64,000 nucleotides of DNA from the NCBI GenBank assembly GCA_023213395.1, contig CM041465.1, positions 236,661,741 through 236,725,740 on the forward strand. The letters run 5' to 3'. Origin of the DNA: Cycas panzhihuaensis (Eukaryota; Plantae; Cycadophyta). The position numbers and the translations under genes were made by a program. The notes under the pieces were generated by a model. The model made no database searches and was not told the DNA's origin. It saw nothing but the letters and a program-made list of their open reading frames with translations. This document shows positions 25,557 through 40,129 of the stretch, piece after piece; the first letter of the stretch is position 1; each line of letters opens with the position of its first letter.

Positions 25557-28431
25557 CTTTCACACAAATGTAAAAGTGACCCAATAGTACTTATATCTAG
25601 TTCTAATAAGCCTCAAGCTATAAGAGGGTAAAGGAAGGTAGAGGTAATCACTCTTAATAGGAGAGATAAAGTTCACTTGATTGTCTATACCCCATGCATT
25701 AGCATATGGAAAGGACAGATGCCCTTCAACTGCCTATTCATAACATGGATTAGTGATTCAAATCCTAAAGGCATAAGACAAACTCTTTCATCTAGTAATG
25801 ACACTTAGATAGAAACTTAACTACCCTAACTCTTCAGTGGAAGGAAGGACCCTATCCTAATAGAGACTAAAAGGCAAACAAAAGAAACACCTAATGTAGT
25901 TAGTGTGTAGGTTTTACTTGAATGAAAAGAGTAAATAATCTTAGCTAACCAAAGCCAAATGTTGTCCCATAGATTTGAGGACCCATAACAGGCATGATCC
26001 TCTCTTTTATTAGGCCTTTGAGAAAGCACATGCTATAATGGAAAAAGGATGCAAATGTAGTATATGAGATGTGACAAAATAAAGAAAATTACTTTTAACC
26101 CTTTCTCATTTTATTCTTTTTCTCTTTTTTTCTTAAAAATGAAATCTTATAGGCAAGGACAAATGAAAAATAGGCAAAAATGCTTAAGTATGCAAGTAGA
26201 TGGTTTTTTTCCTAATACACTTCCATTTTTAAAGAAAATCTACAAAATAAAAAGATACTTTTGGTACTTTTTATTTTGGTAAATAAAAATTGCTAAAGTG
26301 AAGTTTATGGGAAAATATTTAGTGAATTTTTCAATCAATAAATTTTTACCCTTTTTCAAGTTAAGTCATGATTTTCTAAATCACCCACAAAGCTTAACCA
26401 ATATATAATTATAAAAAGAAAATATCTATAAGAGATCAAACAATATTTTTTCTTGTTAGATTGAGTTATAACCAAAAAAAGTTTGTATAAGAATCTCAAA
26501 TACTCTTAAAATATAATAAAACAACTTAGTACTAACTTATATTATATAGGCCTTACTAGAAAAATTTTGGCAGCATGACAACTATATAATAGGAACCAAA
26601 GTTTGATGGGAAGGTGATGGAGAGATAAAATGTGAGTGTCTAACTTACTCTATATGCTCCAAAAAACTACAAGAATACCATATAGATTCTCCACCTATAA
26701 AATGTTACTAACATGCACTAACCTTTGTAAGGAAAAAGATGAGAAATCTGCTAAAAAAATAAACTTAAACAAGATCATAAAATAACTAACAATAAATTAG
26801 AAGAGGACTTAAAAAATAACAACTTATTCGCTTCTTTTAGAGATCAAATGGGTAATACTAAGCCATTATTTATCTGTAAGGTATCAAAACTTAAATAAGG
26901 TAAAGCACAAGCCAAAATCAAAGCAATAAACTACCATAAAAAGGATAAGCAATGTTTATAAAGAGAAAAGAAAAAAAACAAAACCTTGGGACAAGGGTAA
27001 AAAATTTGAACTAGTAGGGGGAGATTATCCCATTATGAACAATGCAGGGACACTAGTGAAAATCAATTCTAGCTAGCAAATTCTTCAACACATCCAACAA
27101 TCAACCTTGAAGCCAAGAATAGAAGTGAAAGAAAGGAATTGAGTGAACTCCAATAGTATGTTAGTTATCTAGTAGCATAATGGCATCTCAATGAAATCTC
27201 AACTTGATCTCCCCTTCAATGGAAAAAGGGGAGAGATTTATAGATGAGGGTGAAGGGCTAGGCCCATGGTTTCAAGCCTATTATTTTGGGAGAAACTATA
27301 GACCAAGACCATGAGCTAGAGCTCATGGTGTTGTAGATAAATAATAGGTATGGACATTGATTATCTCATTGTTTTATCAAAACCCATAGCCCATCTATTA
27401 TTTTGATGGAACCATAAATGAGACCCATATTTAGGTGCCATTAATACATAGCCAAATGTGGGATTAAAAAAATTTACAAGTGGAAAAAGTTATACTACGA
27501 AGTTCAAAGCAATACCATGAAGAATCTTTGTGATATCTTGAAGCTCTAGATTTTTTACTTTATTAGCAAACATTGGTCAAATAAATCATAAAACAACATA
27601 GTATGATAAGAAATAGGGTAGGATAAGCAACATAATTAACAAGATAAGAGAAAAATAGTGAAAAATAGATCAAATTAGAGGAAACCAAGCTCAAGAGAAA
27701 AATGATACAAATAGAGTAAAAGAAGGATGGAAAGGATTTTCTTAGCTCATTAAGCTTGAAGGGACAATAATAATGCCATTAACCATGGTCAAAATCATCA
27801 TCAACAAGGTATAATCACACTCATCTAATAAGATAATAATATTATTATGATATCCATGATATTCTATGATTATAGAAAGTGTTTACCCCCTTGGCAATAA
27901 AACCTCTTCAAACGATGGCTATAAGATGGTGAATATTGTTAACAAAGACTTGATTAAACTAATAATAAGGTTATAAGCATGAAAGGGGAAAATGATCTAT
28001 CATAGTTTAACCTCATTAGCAGGCATCTAGAGAATGGTTCCTTTAGTTTAGCCTTATTAATAAGAATTTCATAAGTATATTGACTAGGGTGGAGGATCAT
28101 TTAGTAACTAAATTAAACCAAGGTAAGCCAATGGTAGTGATAGACCTAAATGAATATAAATAGGGTCACCATAGCTATTTCTTATAGTGGTCTTAGGAGT
28201 TTAAGGTGTTGTCTCAATAGCAAATAAAGGTTAGATGTGGCAGCCAAAGATTTAGGCTTAGTAGCCATAAGACTTATGTAGATGATGGGGTGCCTTGAAT
28301 GCCAAAAGGTAAAGACCTAAAATTCAAAGGTAATTTCCATACTTTAGCTTTATTAGTAGCCATTATTTAGAGGAGGAGTTGTTTGGGATTATATTACGTC
28401 CAAGTCTTTTTTATTTTTTATTATTTTATAT

Positions 28432-31400
28432 TGGAAATGTGCCTTTGGGGAGTCACTATAAATAAGAACACACAAGCCAATATTACAACTAAAATAAGGG
28501 ATTAAGGGTCTTAAGAGGGAGGATAGGTCATCCTCAAAGGGCATCCATGCATCAGAACATAGGTTTAGGGACTTGCAAATTATGCTTAAGAATTTCCCTT
28601 TTATTTGAGTACCTTCTAAGATTTGGATTGGGCAAGGGTGTCCTTGATTTATCAAGTAGCCTAAGGGAGAGCTCTCCTATCCTTATGGTGAAAGGGGGGA
28701 GAGGAAAGACTCTCTTCCAGAGAGGAGATGAGAGGAAAAGATAGTTCCTTATGAAGTAGGAACCTATAAGCAAGAGGATAGTAGTGGTCAGTTGAAGGAA
28801 AAGGTGAGATTTAGCATATGTACGAACCAAATATGAAGGATAAGACTATTAGAGTTATCTTTAAGGTCACTTAAATGGTTCACCTTTAGGGTTTGGTTTA
28901 AGTGAAAGGTTTGCTTAGTTATGCTAAAGGTTTAGATTATGTCCTTTATTTTAATTGTGAGATGAGGTGGTAAGAACCAAGGTATTGGTCTTAAGAAAAA
29001 AGTACAAATAAATAACAACACTCTCTTTTCCTTTATTTGAAGGAGGATGATTTAAGGGAAGAGGGTAAAAGAGAGGGGAGACACAAATGATTTATTTGAA
29101 CCTTTTCTTTCAATGTTAGAAAGAAGATGCTTTCAACCAGATGATGCTTTCCTAGCCTTATCTTTATGTGCATGCATACATACAAGATGCAAAAAGGCAA
29201 TGGCTGGGAAAAGAGGATTCTTTAATTAATATCCCCTTTTGTTTTCTAAAGGAAATACATCTATTTGTACCTCCTTCCTATGCACATGAAAATAAGGGGG
29301 AAAAGAAAGATGTTTGCTATCTTAGCCTTTTCACATGAAAGGGGGGAAGCAAAAGACAAGAATACAAGCATATGCATGTCCCCTTTATATCCCTTTCCTA
29401 TGAGTGTAAATATGCAAAAGAAAGTCTATAACCCACATGCAAGCATAAGTAAATTTCTTTTAGGAAAGGGGGCAGACAAAAGGAGAGAGAGAAGAGTTAT
29501 GACAGGTGCATTAGGAGGTATGCCAGTTGGTGAGGTACCGCACCCTTCTTCTTGTGTTTCCCTCATTCATGGCTTCGCGTTCTAAGTCATGACGAGTGTT
29601 GTGGATGAATCCATGAGAGGGGATCACTTACCTTCCCTAAAGTATTTATAAAGCAAAGAGATTTGAAAGGAAATTTGAAAAGGGAATCAAAGAAACGTAG
29701 ATGCACCAAGGAGAAATGTACCTCTTTATTGTGGTGCAATCCTTCTTGCCTAGGAGGATACCTTATCTTTTATACAAGAAAAACTTTTAAACAATAAATA
29801 AGTATCTGCACATATATAACAATGTGTATGTGTGCCTTATCAAAGTGGAGATAAAGTTTAATTTATATTCCAAAAGAAAGAGATGAAACAATATGTTATT
29901 CTTCCTTTACACACAATAATGACTTATAAAACCTTTGGGGGAAAAGGGGGGACTTAGGGGTGAAGAAGATGATAGCCTTGAAATGGCTAGCTCTGATGAG
30001 TGAGTCACCTCTTATATATACAAGTACTACATAGGAGAATTAGGTAGAAATCAAAAGCTTCAATCAACTTGGAATCAAAATCTTGTAAGAAATTGTAAAT
30101 GCTGCAAAAGCTGCAAATGTTACAAAAGTTGCAAATGTTGCAAAGTTTACAAAACATGCAAAAAATATAAATATTATAAAAGGAAGGGTAAAATATATAG
30201 GTTGTTGATAAACAAGATATATACTAGTTGAGTGCAAATGTTGCAACCACTTCAAACATGAAAGAGCCTACACTCAATGGGATACCCTAGCTTGTGGAGC
30301 AGATATAGTGTAGGGAAATCTTGAGAAGTAGGGGGTTTCCCTTGAGGATATAGCATTAAGAGTTAGAACTCTAGCCATTTTCTCCTCTTTCCCTTCTCAA
30401 AAATATCCCAAACCCATCCAACCACTAGCTAATAGGAACCTAAGGATTTGAGGATAGGAACAAAGGAAAAGAGAGAGGTTTTACCTCCATTTGCCTATCA
30501 AAACATAGAGTAAAATGTGTGCCAAAGCATGTGATAAAAGATGCAACCAATGAAATGGATATATTCAAGAAAGAATAGTAGGAAAAGGCCTATTTTTATC
30601 CATAAAAAAATAGATAAACTAAGTGTTACCTCATAAACAAAAGAAAGAGAGCTAAAAACCCTGCTTCTAGGGTGAAGGAGGCCTCTTTTGAAGGGAGAAA
30701 GGACCTTGAAACTTAGGGACCTCACTGTTGTTGTCTTGATGAGCCTTAGAAGAGAGTTCTCTTATTGGTAAGTCCTTATTTTAGGCTTGTAGATTAAGGT
30801 TTTTGCCCTATCACAACTGAATAGGTAAAAGAAAGAGAAGAACATAGAAGAGAGCTATTTTTTATTCGTGAGAGAGTGAAAATGAATTTGAAATTGGGTT
30901 TTAATGTCCCAGTTAGGTTTTTAGAGTGATTAGGGTTCAGTTTGGGTGGGAAAAAACCCCCTGCCATATGTCAAATTTGTAATAACTATGAATCTAGACA
31001 TTATCTAGCCATGGCAGTCTATGGATAGTCACCCCATGGTAAACTTCATAATATTGCAATTATTGATGTGGTACTACAAATATTTTCACAGTGCGGGGGA
31101 AACATAGGAAGAAATAAAAAAGGACCTAGGAAATCCCAAAAAAGATTAGTCTTAGGGTGCAAGAACAAAGTGTGATGGACTAGTAAGGGTCTTAAAGGAC
31201 TCTAGGTAGTCGTGGGGGCTCCCAAGTATGCAAAAAGGGTGAAAAGTAAACCCCAAGTAAGGATGCAAAAATGTACAAATAGGTGAATAAGATAAAGAAA
31301 CACCTTAAGGACCATGTAAGAGGCTAAAGATGAGTCAAATTAGGCTACAGAGGCCCACAAATACCTGATAATTCTAGGGAGGTATCTCTTGGACCTATGT

Positions 31401-31629
31401 AGTTTCATAAGAACATGGTCCTGAGTCATCATAGGCTAGATCACATTCATAGGCACAAAGTAGGCAAGCAAACCATGCATCAAAACATCCTATATGCAAT
31501 AATGTCACACTAATGGAACCATAGAAACATCTCACCACACCATAAAGTGAACATGGCAAGGGGTAGAGATGTATACTTATGCTTACTTATAGGATGTTAT
31601 CCATGTCCACTCCCAACAATCGAAAAACA
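28432..31629 (-). mobile_element. Solo LTR (3198 bp) of the Tat-like family
   Basis: Reverse complement matches both ends of LTR 40401-43597 (3197 bp). TG...CA termini; TSD tatat/tatgt (4 of 5). Confidence 0.88.
30095..30165. repeat. 9-bp tandem repeat (TGCAAAAGT/TGCAAATGT) inside the LTR
   Basis: About 7 units; a counterpart lies at ~41880-41930 in the 5' LTR of element C. Confidence 0.75.
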
Positions 31630-32079
31630 TATGTATATACTTTTTGGTTTTTATTGTTTAATAGTATTTATAGTATTTTTATTATTTTATAATATTTTTA
31701 CGTTTTTGATTATTTTTTGAAAGATAAACAAATTAGAGAGGGAATGAAATAAATAGGAAAATATAAGATTAAGGACATGATAGAGGTGTTTCCCCAATGC
31801 ATTACCACATTTAGGCTAGATATTTATAAATTTACAAAGTAGCTTACCTTCATTTTAGAGTAATAGTGGTAATTTAGGCTCTTACTCAAGTAGAGAGGAA
31901 ACTAACATATTAGTTGAGCTTTAACTATATGCTGGGCTACTTGAGGTTGTCACCATAGTTTAACCTCTTTAGTAAGTGCCCCTCAGAGGTTATAATAAAG
32001 AATATTACCTATAGGCCTAATTTCATTTAAAGGGCCTAATAGCCTTAAAGAAAATCAACCACCTATAGTAGATGACGTT

Positions 32080-32467
32080 TTAGGATTAATGTAATAAATA
32101 GAACTAGCTTAATGTTATGTCCCTATTAGATATACTAGATTGATAGTACAAAAAACTAAGCTAAAAGTGAACTAGATTAGTTATTAAGAGTGTGTAACTA
32201 GGGGTAGTGAACTTGGTAGACTTGGATGAGATGGGAGGTAATGAGCTAAGAGTCAATAAGCAACATGATGGGTCTATGCTAAACTTGTAATACATTAGTC
32301 AAGGACTTAATGATAATGGTGTACTCAATAGTATTATTAATTTCTATAGGTAGATAGATCCCAAAGAGAATCAAGACATGCCCTAAATGGTCTTAAAAGG
32401 TCTAAGCTATAGTTGATAGGCTAGGGTTCCCATGGCTACTCCTATTAGTGTGGATGACTAATACCAT
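32080..32467 (-). pseudogene. Stand-alone archaeal-type RNase H (degenerate) of element G
   Basis: Manual translation: MVLVIHTNRSSHGNPSLSTIA*..GIYLPIEINNTIEYTIIIKSL..PIMLLIDS*LI..VYQV, colinear with 62172-62594. Confidence 0.8.
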
Positions 32468-35400
32468 AGGGAAATGCAATAGTAACTTAGAGATAAATTA
32501 ATGAATGAGAGGGTTAGAGTGGGAATTGACCAACATCACTAGGGCTCAAGTTTATATGCACACATTAACTATAAAGATATATTAAACATAGACCCTATGA
32601 TATTAGTGTCATGACAAGTTTCTATGATTTATTTTATTCCTTAAAATGTTAAGTAGGCTTTAATCATGACTATGGCCATGGTGGACCTAAATAACTAGAT
32701 CCAAAGGTCTTAAATGACCCATACATATGGACCCAAACTATAAACCATAGGTGGGAATAAACTTAACATGCAACTTATGTTAGATAGCAAGAAGGTGGTG
32801 AGAGTTATATATATTTATTCATAAATGTGTAATATATATTTTCACACACACACACATAGGTGTATATGTATATATGTTTTTTAATTTATTCTATTATGGA
32901 AAAATATTGTGATGTAAAGCCAACTCATGGGGGACTAGATAAACTAGAATGTGATAGTCTATTTTAATAAAGTAAAGATACACATGATTCAGGAAGTTAA
33001 TGAGGGAAGTCAAACCATAGGGTTATCATGGGTTGTTGATATAAGTCATTTCTAAGAGCTTTCATATATGATATGAGCAAACATGGGTCTTCAGGTAAGC
33101 TAGACCATCTTCTATAATAGGGATTAAGTAGGACTACTACCAAGGAGTGTATCATATGATAAAACCACTAGGAGTACAATCTATGGTTTATGAAAGCAAC
33201 TTGTTTGTAGATAATTGATCTCACATGAAAAGCTTGAAAGAAGGTAGGGAGAATACCTATGGCCTACAAAGGGAAAATTCTAGGTAGAATGGTGCCATAA
33301 CATTAAGACAATTTCATGGTAACATGGCTATGTATAAGAAGGGATCACCACAAGGGCTCATATGGAGTAATAACATGCATAAAAAGAGAGGGGCCAAGAA
33401 ATGCTTGATAAAATGAAGGCTTATAAGGCTTGGAAATTTGGATCTAGTGTCTAGGAATAGTCCTATGGATTATAAACACTACCATACTAAGAGATAGCTA
33501 TCTCTAAGTAACAAATGAGTATCATTTGAGTCATAATAGGCCTATTAATTACATGTGTTAATGGATAATAAAGGGGTATTTTTCATTACGAGGCAGAGTC
33601 AAGTGGTTATACTAATGGAAGTAGTGATGACATAGTTGAGAAATTTGGAAAGTAGGGGTCCCAACATAATAGAGATGATAAGAAGTGAAGACTAAGAGAT
33701 CAAGTTTCAGCCCTTATAAGATCCTATTTTTGTTAAGTTTAGGATTTCATTTTTAATTAGGAGAGTTAATAAATTTGGTTGAAAACCTAAAATACCTACT
33801 TGACCTAACCAACTTCTTAGAGTCATAATAGGAAAATTGACCATTAGATTTGCGCCTAACTAGATTCATGGGACTCATGATATCAGGATGGTTAGATAGG
33901 CTTAGGATTTGGTAGGCCAAGATTGTCATTTAATTTACAAATTATATTTTTATTATTTTGGGGGTTTAGTAGGGTTATGCCCTAATTTCTTAATCTCAGT
34001 TAAATAGAGCTCAATTGGAGCTCTATTTTGAGGCCAGATCAGGGTAGTTTGTTGCCTTGATCATTTCTAATGGATTACTTTTGATGTAAAATGACTTTTT
34101 GCTAATTTTTATGAAAATTCTTATGTTTGAAAGGTACATGAATCTTTGCAATACGCCTTTAGTTTTCTTCATAGCACTATAAAGAATCTTAGTAGTACTA
34201 TAAAGACCATCATAAGATCCCCTATTCTATCATGAGGTGGATAGGAAAGTTCATGGAATAGCTTATATCTTAGTAATTTTCATATTGTTCTTAACATATT
34301 AACTCATTTAAGCTTGCATGGTATCTACATGATATCGTGTGGGTGCAATCATATTATTATTTATCTATTTGACTTGATTTTGATTAATGTGTAATATATT
34401 ACTGTGATTAATAATTGTGAGAACATTGGTTCATCCATGTTGGTCCTCATTAGGATGATCAATGATAGAGATTAAGATATTTGGTGATACTATAGACTTC
34501 TTAGAGTCATTACATTAAGGTAATTTATCTTATATTAGGCCCTCTTAATTAACATTATGTCCTATTGGGGCTATCAGTGCTAGATATTCCATTTACTAGT
34601 AGTTGGGGATGTTATAATCAGACCTAGAGATGTAAGACATATGTTGAGAGTGCACTACACAAGACCTCTGCTTGAGCTAAGGGCATTACCTAATACAAGT
34701 AATACCCACTAAGTTGTAACGACGTTTTTCTATGAACATGGATATTGGGATATGCATGGAGGTGGTGTGAGGAGGATGATGAGTTTTGGGATCCCATGTA
34801 TCTAGAAACTCAATATTTTTAGTACCTTGTTCTAGATTTTATAATGATAAAATTATTATATAATCCTAAGTTGATGCATAAATGTGGTACAAAGGTGTAA
34901 GGATGGTGAGTAATTAGATTGGGCCACATTGATGGTGTCCAACATTAGGATACAACTAAGTCAAATCAGGGAAGCTAGCCATGGTGAATTTTCTTACTAC
35001 ACCCTACTATAGTGTTGGTTTTTTGATATGTTTAGAGGAGTGGGTCTAAGAGTAGGCCCTCAACTAGTGGTTGATGGGGACCCACTAGTGCATAGGTGGC
35101 CTATGAAATTTAAGAGCCTTAGGGCACTTGAATAGGTGAGCTAGATAATATATGCCACACCATTAGATAGGTTGGGTAAGGATGATTATATAACTAATCC
35201 TTATTTAGGGATCCAATGGAATTTAATGTAGATGAGCCTGAGTCAACAACTAGCAATGAGGGTGGAGATAGAGAGGGTGAGTTTGTTGATGAGGGATGGG
35301 TTGAGGGAGGAGTTGAGGATGACGGGGATCTAACAGTCATCGAGGGTAGGGATGAGAGGTATAGTGATGGTATACTACTTGACCCAACCCTTTTACTTTT

Positions 35401-36602
35401 GCATTATGATTTATATTTTATTTGTCAATTTTGATCAATTTATAAATTGTATTTTATCATGGCTATTAATCATTGCCTTGGCTTGATTATCGGTGGAGGG
35501 CTTTCTCTAACTTTTATTTATTAGGTTCTTGATGGTCTTCTCTTGATGGTATATATGAAGGGGTAGCCTACCATGATAGATACTGATGAGCTAGCCATTA
35601 CTCATCCTTATATAATGATATTATCTCCTTTAGTGAGGGCTCTAGCTATGTGGACTACAAAGAGTAGCAAGTTACAAGCTTTCATTAGAGAGCTAAAGGT
35701 TGTCCAAGCAAGAGTAAGGATCCCAATAATTATGCCCCCTTTGTAGGTAGTCCTCAAGAATCATAGTCTTACAATCTTAATTGGTAGGCATGATATAAGA
35801 GAGGGACCAGCCACAAACTTAGTATGATTAGTTCATTATCTAAGTTGCAGAGAGATCATTGAGGAGTCAGTCCCAGACTAACACTACTACCCCATAATAT
35901 AGAGCTTGAGATAAGGGTAGCTAGTTAGGGCTCTCACAGTTTTGAAAGTTGCACCACCAATATAGAGCTTGAAGACCTCATAGGGAGTGATCGTGAGAGT
36001 GGGGAGTTAGATTTTAATTGTACTTATACTCATGATATACCTTAAATTTTAGGAGAGGTATGTTAGACCTATAGGGGTTAGGGTGAGTGTATCATGTAGC
36101 CCATTATGAAATTACACACTCATATAAGGACACTAGGTCCCTTAAAATACTATTATACATAAACATTTTTGATGTTATATATATGGAGGTTGGTTTGAGC
36201 TCTCTTAGCTTGATTTATACCTATATACATGACTTTATGTGTATGTTGATTATATCATACTTTTATTTAAGTTATCATCTTTGTATATACTTGATTGACT
36301 TTATCAAGTGGATGGCACCTTGGCATACACATATAATATTAACAAAAATAATTAATAACTCAAAATACTATTTGTGACACTTGAAATACATGATCAATGA
36401 GTAATCATTTATACTTTTGTTTGAGTTCATATACCATTTTATACTTGTGGAGGAGTCTTATTCCCCCATGGGGGTTACCCAAGGGGGAAGATAGTTAATG
36501 ATGTATCATTTAGCATAATGATGGATATAAGATACTAATATCTTAATATGGACATAAAATGTGGAAGGCCATATAGTTTATATTTTTTCTAGAGTGGGTT
36601 GA

Positions 36603-36904
36603 TGTTAGGATCCTCATGTCTTAACCATTCATTAGTGTAATATGGTAGTTATTAATAGTGGTAATATAATTATAACATATATTCCATTGTAAGGGTAATG
36701 CCACCTATTTTGTAATCCTACATGTACTAGTAGTAGGACAGTGGGAGTAGTATCTTAGTATATAAAGAATGCTTGTAGTAAAGAGGGGCATCAAAGAATG
36801 TTATAAGAGAGATCAACTCGCATTCTTGTGATTTAATTAAGCTTCTTGAGATTTTCATATATATTTGTGTTCTTTTTAGGATTTATAGTGGTAGGAGCCT
36901 ACCA
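36603..36904 (+). repeat. Short LTR (302 bp) with downstream tRNA-Met-like PBS
   Basis: Terminal inverted repeat tgttaggatcct / aggagcctacca, TATATAAA at ~36758, degenerate PBS tagtattagag at 36907-36917. Confidence 0.65.
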
Positions 36905-38224
36905 ACTAGTATTAGAGAACTTTTCAGGGCCATTCTATGCCCATTTTTTTAAAGTAGCCTATATAATTACCTACTATATGCTCTCACCTCACCCACTTGA
37001 GATCTTGGTGATTAGAAAGTAGTGAAAGTGGTAGGTTACTATAAGCTCTACGTGAAGATTTTAGTGAAGGTTTCTCATATGACAATCTCCATTTCCATCA
37101 TTCTCTTTCTTTCTATCATCTCTATAGTTATCAAGAGTAGATAATTATGCTCAGCACCTACCCTTTTTTACTAGGCTAGAGACCTTCTACTGCGGGTATA
37201 TGACAATCTTAGTAAGTTATCATTCTTAGCCCAACATGCTTACATATGAAGGAATGTATTCTAGGCTTTAGACAATGATTAACATGATATTAAGCTTCCA
37301 CATACCTTATGTATACTAAACGATCTTTATAGATATTTCTAAACCAACCCTGGATAGGAAGCCTTTAGTGTTTATCATATGTAGTGCACCAATAATTAGT
37401 TAACCTCAAGAAGTTACCCTCTATGTACCCTAGAAATGGGGTAGTATGGCCATAGGGTACAACATTAGCCTCTATAGTTGATATGTTTATGACTAAGACT
37501 AGTATATAAGAGGGATTATAGACTAGACACTCCTTATACCCAGATTATAAATCCTTTTTATCCATCTCACTTTGGCTTCTGTAGAATTATAATAGAATAT
37601 AAATTTATATAAAACAAAGTAGATATAGTTTGGTGTGGCAAAAAGGGTTTTTGGATAAAATAGATTATAGATTTTGGGCATGTTATTTAATAGCAAGGGT
37701 TTCTTAGTAGATGAAAATTTTAGAACCAAATCTCTATATTGTGGAGTAATTTTAACCTCTAGTTTGAATCAAACTCAATAATAGGTAGTGTAATAAAAAT
37801 CACTCTAGGATCCATATCTTCATTTCAAATGTTCTCTTTGCCCTAAAACTTTTCCATATTATCTAAAGGTTCATTCTAAACATTTTTCTCTTGAGGGTCC
37901 CTAAACAAATTCTAAATCAATTTGCTGAAATTTCTAGATTAGTAATATTCCTTCTATTCATTATAGCTCCTTCATTGTTACTTGAATTACCTCGAAATTT
38001 TGGTTATTACAAGATCCCATCATTCTGTACAAAATACCCTCTTTGATTAATTTGTTATTTTTTTAGCATAAGTGATCGAATTCCCTTGTAAGAACCTACA
38101 CCTAATTAGGATATCCCTAAATCTATGAAAAATCCTCAATATCTCCTATTTGTATAGCCCACTCAAATGAAACCTCTTATTGAGAATATTTTTATTTTTT
38201 ATTTTCCACCCTTTGGTAAACTAA

Positions 38225-38228
<4 letters not shown>

Positions 38229-38290
<62 letters not shown>

Positions 38291-38322
38291 GATATATATA
38301 TAGCAAGCGAGAGAGAGAGAGA
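38229..38322. repeat. Compound microsatellite (TC)19(TA)n...(GA)n
   Basis: Directly visible in the sequence. Confidence 0.95.
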
Positions 38323-38327
38323 GTACC

Positions 38328-39670
38328 ATGGTGGTCAAATGATAATCTCAAGACTCTATGATAAAATTTATAGTCAATAAAATTAAAGTCATTGAAGAAA
38401 AAATAGGCATGATTAATATTATGACTAAGGATATTCATGACCTATGCAATATGTTAATAGAGATGGATACTAAACTATTAGCATTTATATAGTCACAACA
38501 AACGGTGCAATAGGCAGGATTGATAAGCTTCCAAAGCCAACAATTTAATACCTAAAGGGGGCTCATGTAAACTACGAGTCAAATGCCACACATTTTGCTC
38601 ATATGACCAAAATTATTTTCCCAAGGTTTGATGATGAAGATCTAGCTAGTTAGATTTATAGAGCTAAATAATACTTCCAACTAAATCAAATACTGGATAC
38701 CCAAAAGGTCATACTTGCATCCTTCTACTTAGAACATGAGGGCATCCAATGGTATCAATGGTTAGAACAAACTATAGGAACACCCGTGTGGAATGAATTT
38801 TGTACCCAACTATTAGTGAGATTTAGGCTAAGCACTTACAAAGACTTTACAAGAGCATTGACAAAACTTAGACAAGTACAATTAGTTTAATCATACCAGA
38901 TCATGTTTAAAAAATTTACAAATCAAACTACTAGTTTGATAGAGGCTTTCTTTATAAGTTGCTTCATCAATGGCTTAAAAGAGGACTCATAGGTAGAAGT
39001 CAAAATGTTTAATACAAAGACCATTTCAAAAGTAATAGGTTTGGTAAGACTAGAAGAAAATTAGGTCATGGCACATAGGCAACAAAACTGCTTACTATTT
39101 TGGAAACCACCATTAGTAAAATAGTCAGCTACAATATCTTCTGAACCTTGGAAAGCTGAATGACTTACCCTAAAAGAGATGCAAAAATACAGGGAACAAG
39201 GACTTTACTACAACTGTGATGAGAAATTTAGTTTTAATCACTAGTGTAAAGGCAACTATAAGTTTTGGATGTTGACCTTCTTAACAAACCTATATGTGAA
39301 GAATTTGTTGAGGTCTAGGAGGAAGAAGCAACTCACAAAGATACAGGTCCCTAGGAAGAACTAATGCCCAGAATTTCATTACATGTATTGGCTATCTTTC
39401 ATACACCTTAAACTATGAAAATCAAAGGTTATTTCAAAGGATAAATAATGGTCATCCTCATAGAATCAAGGAGTATAGACAATTTTATAGACGCCAAGAT
39501 TGCCAAGTTGATAGATTATTTTATATATTCATGTAATAAGTTTGAAGTAATGATCACTAATGGAGGGAAACTGGCTTACAAAGGTAAATGTTATAATGCC
39601 AAAATTAGCATTAGGGTTTATTCTCTAAAGATAAATATATATGCACTCTCTTTTAAATGTGCACACACTT
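38328..39670 (+). pseudogene. Chromovirus-like Ty3/gypsy gag-protease remnant, truncated after protease
   Basis: KIIFPRFDDED..*IYRAK*YF..QKVILASFYLEHEGIQWYQW, CFINGLKED, GLYYNCDEKF..NH*CK knuckle, protease VILIESRSIDNFID. Confidence 0.85.
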
Positions 39671-40129
39671 AATATATAAGAAATAAAGTGAACAAAAAAA
39701 AGCTAATACATGTATATCTATTGTATTTTATATTGAGTATGCACATATAACAATATAAAATCATTTTAAAGAATATAATGAGTTAATCATGAAAGGTGAT
39801 ACATGCCATCTTGTATAATCAATGTTATAATGATATTACAAAATAACATGTGCATAGTAGACCCCACACACCTGGGCTTATAACTTTAAGTTGCAACTAA
39901 CCCTAACTATGAGATTAATACCCTTATCATATCATCAATTGAAAAATTAAACATTATATTATAACATCCCTCTATAATGTTTAATTTCTTATAATAAAAA
40001 AATGTACTAAATACAACCTTTATTTTCTTGATACTCTTCTGACTAGGACGAATCTCAACCACCATTCAAAGTGAAAAATAAGTGAAGGAATAAGTCACTG
40101 AGTAGTTAATTTGTACTTATCCTAAAATT

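Larger units (their letters stand above)
25557..32800 (-). mobile_element. Degenerate 3' portion of a second Tat-like gypsy element (element G)
   Basis: Stand-alone RNase H at 32080-32467, GAGGTTAAACTATG motifs, and a PPT region (27882-27895, gccaagggggtaaa) homologous to the 63020-63089 region of element C. Interrupted by the solo LTR at 28432-31629; outer limits approximate. Confidence 0.65.

Noticed and set aside
7025-25561. TSD for element B
   Set aside because: The flanks ttgat and ctttc do not match, so no TSD is claimed.
28260-28380. Possible third RNase H remnant (ATNKAK-like)
   Set aside because: The other catalytic motifs could not be found in colinear order.
38167-38438. ORFs with LSLSLS/YIYI/RERERE runs
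   Set aside because: They are microsatellite translations.
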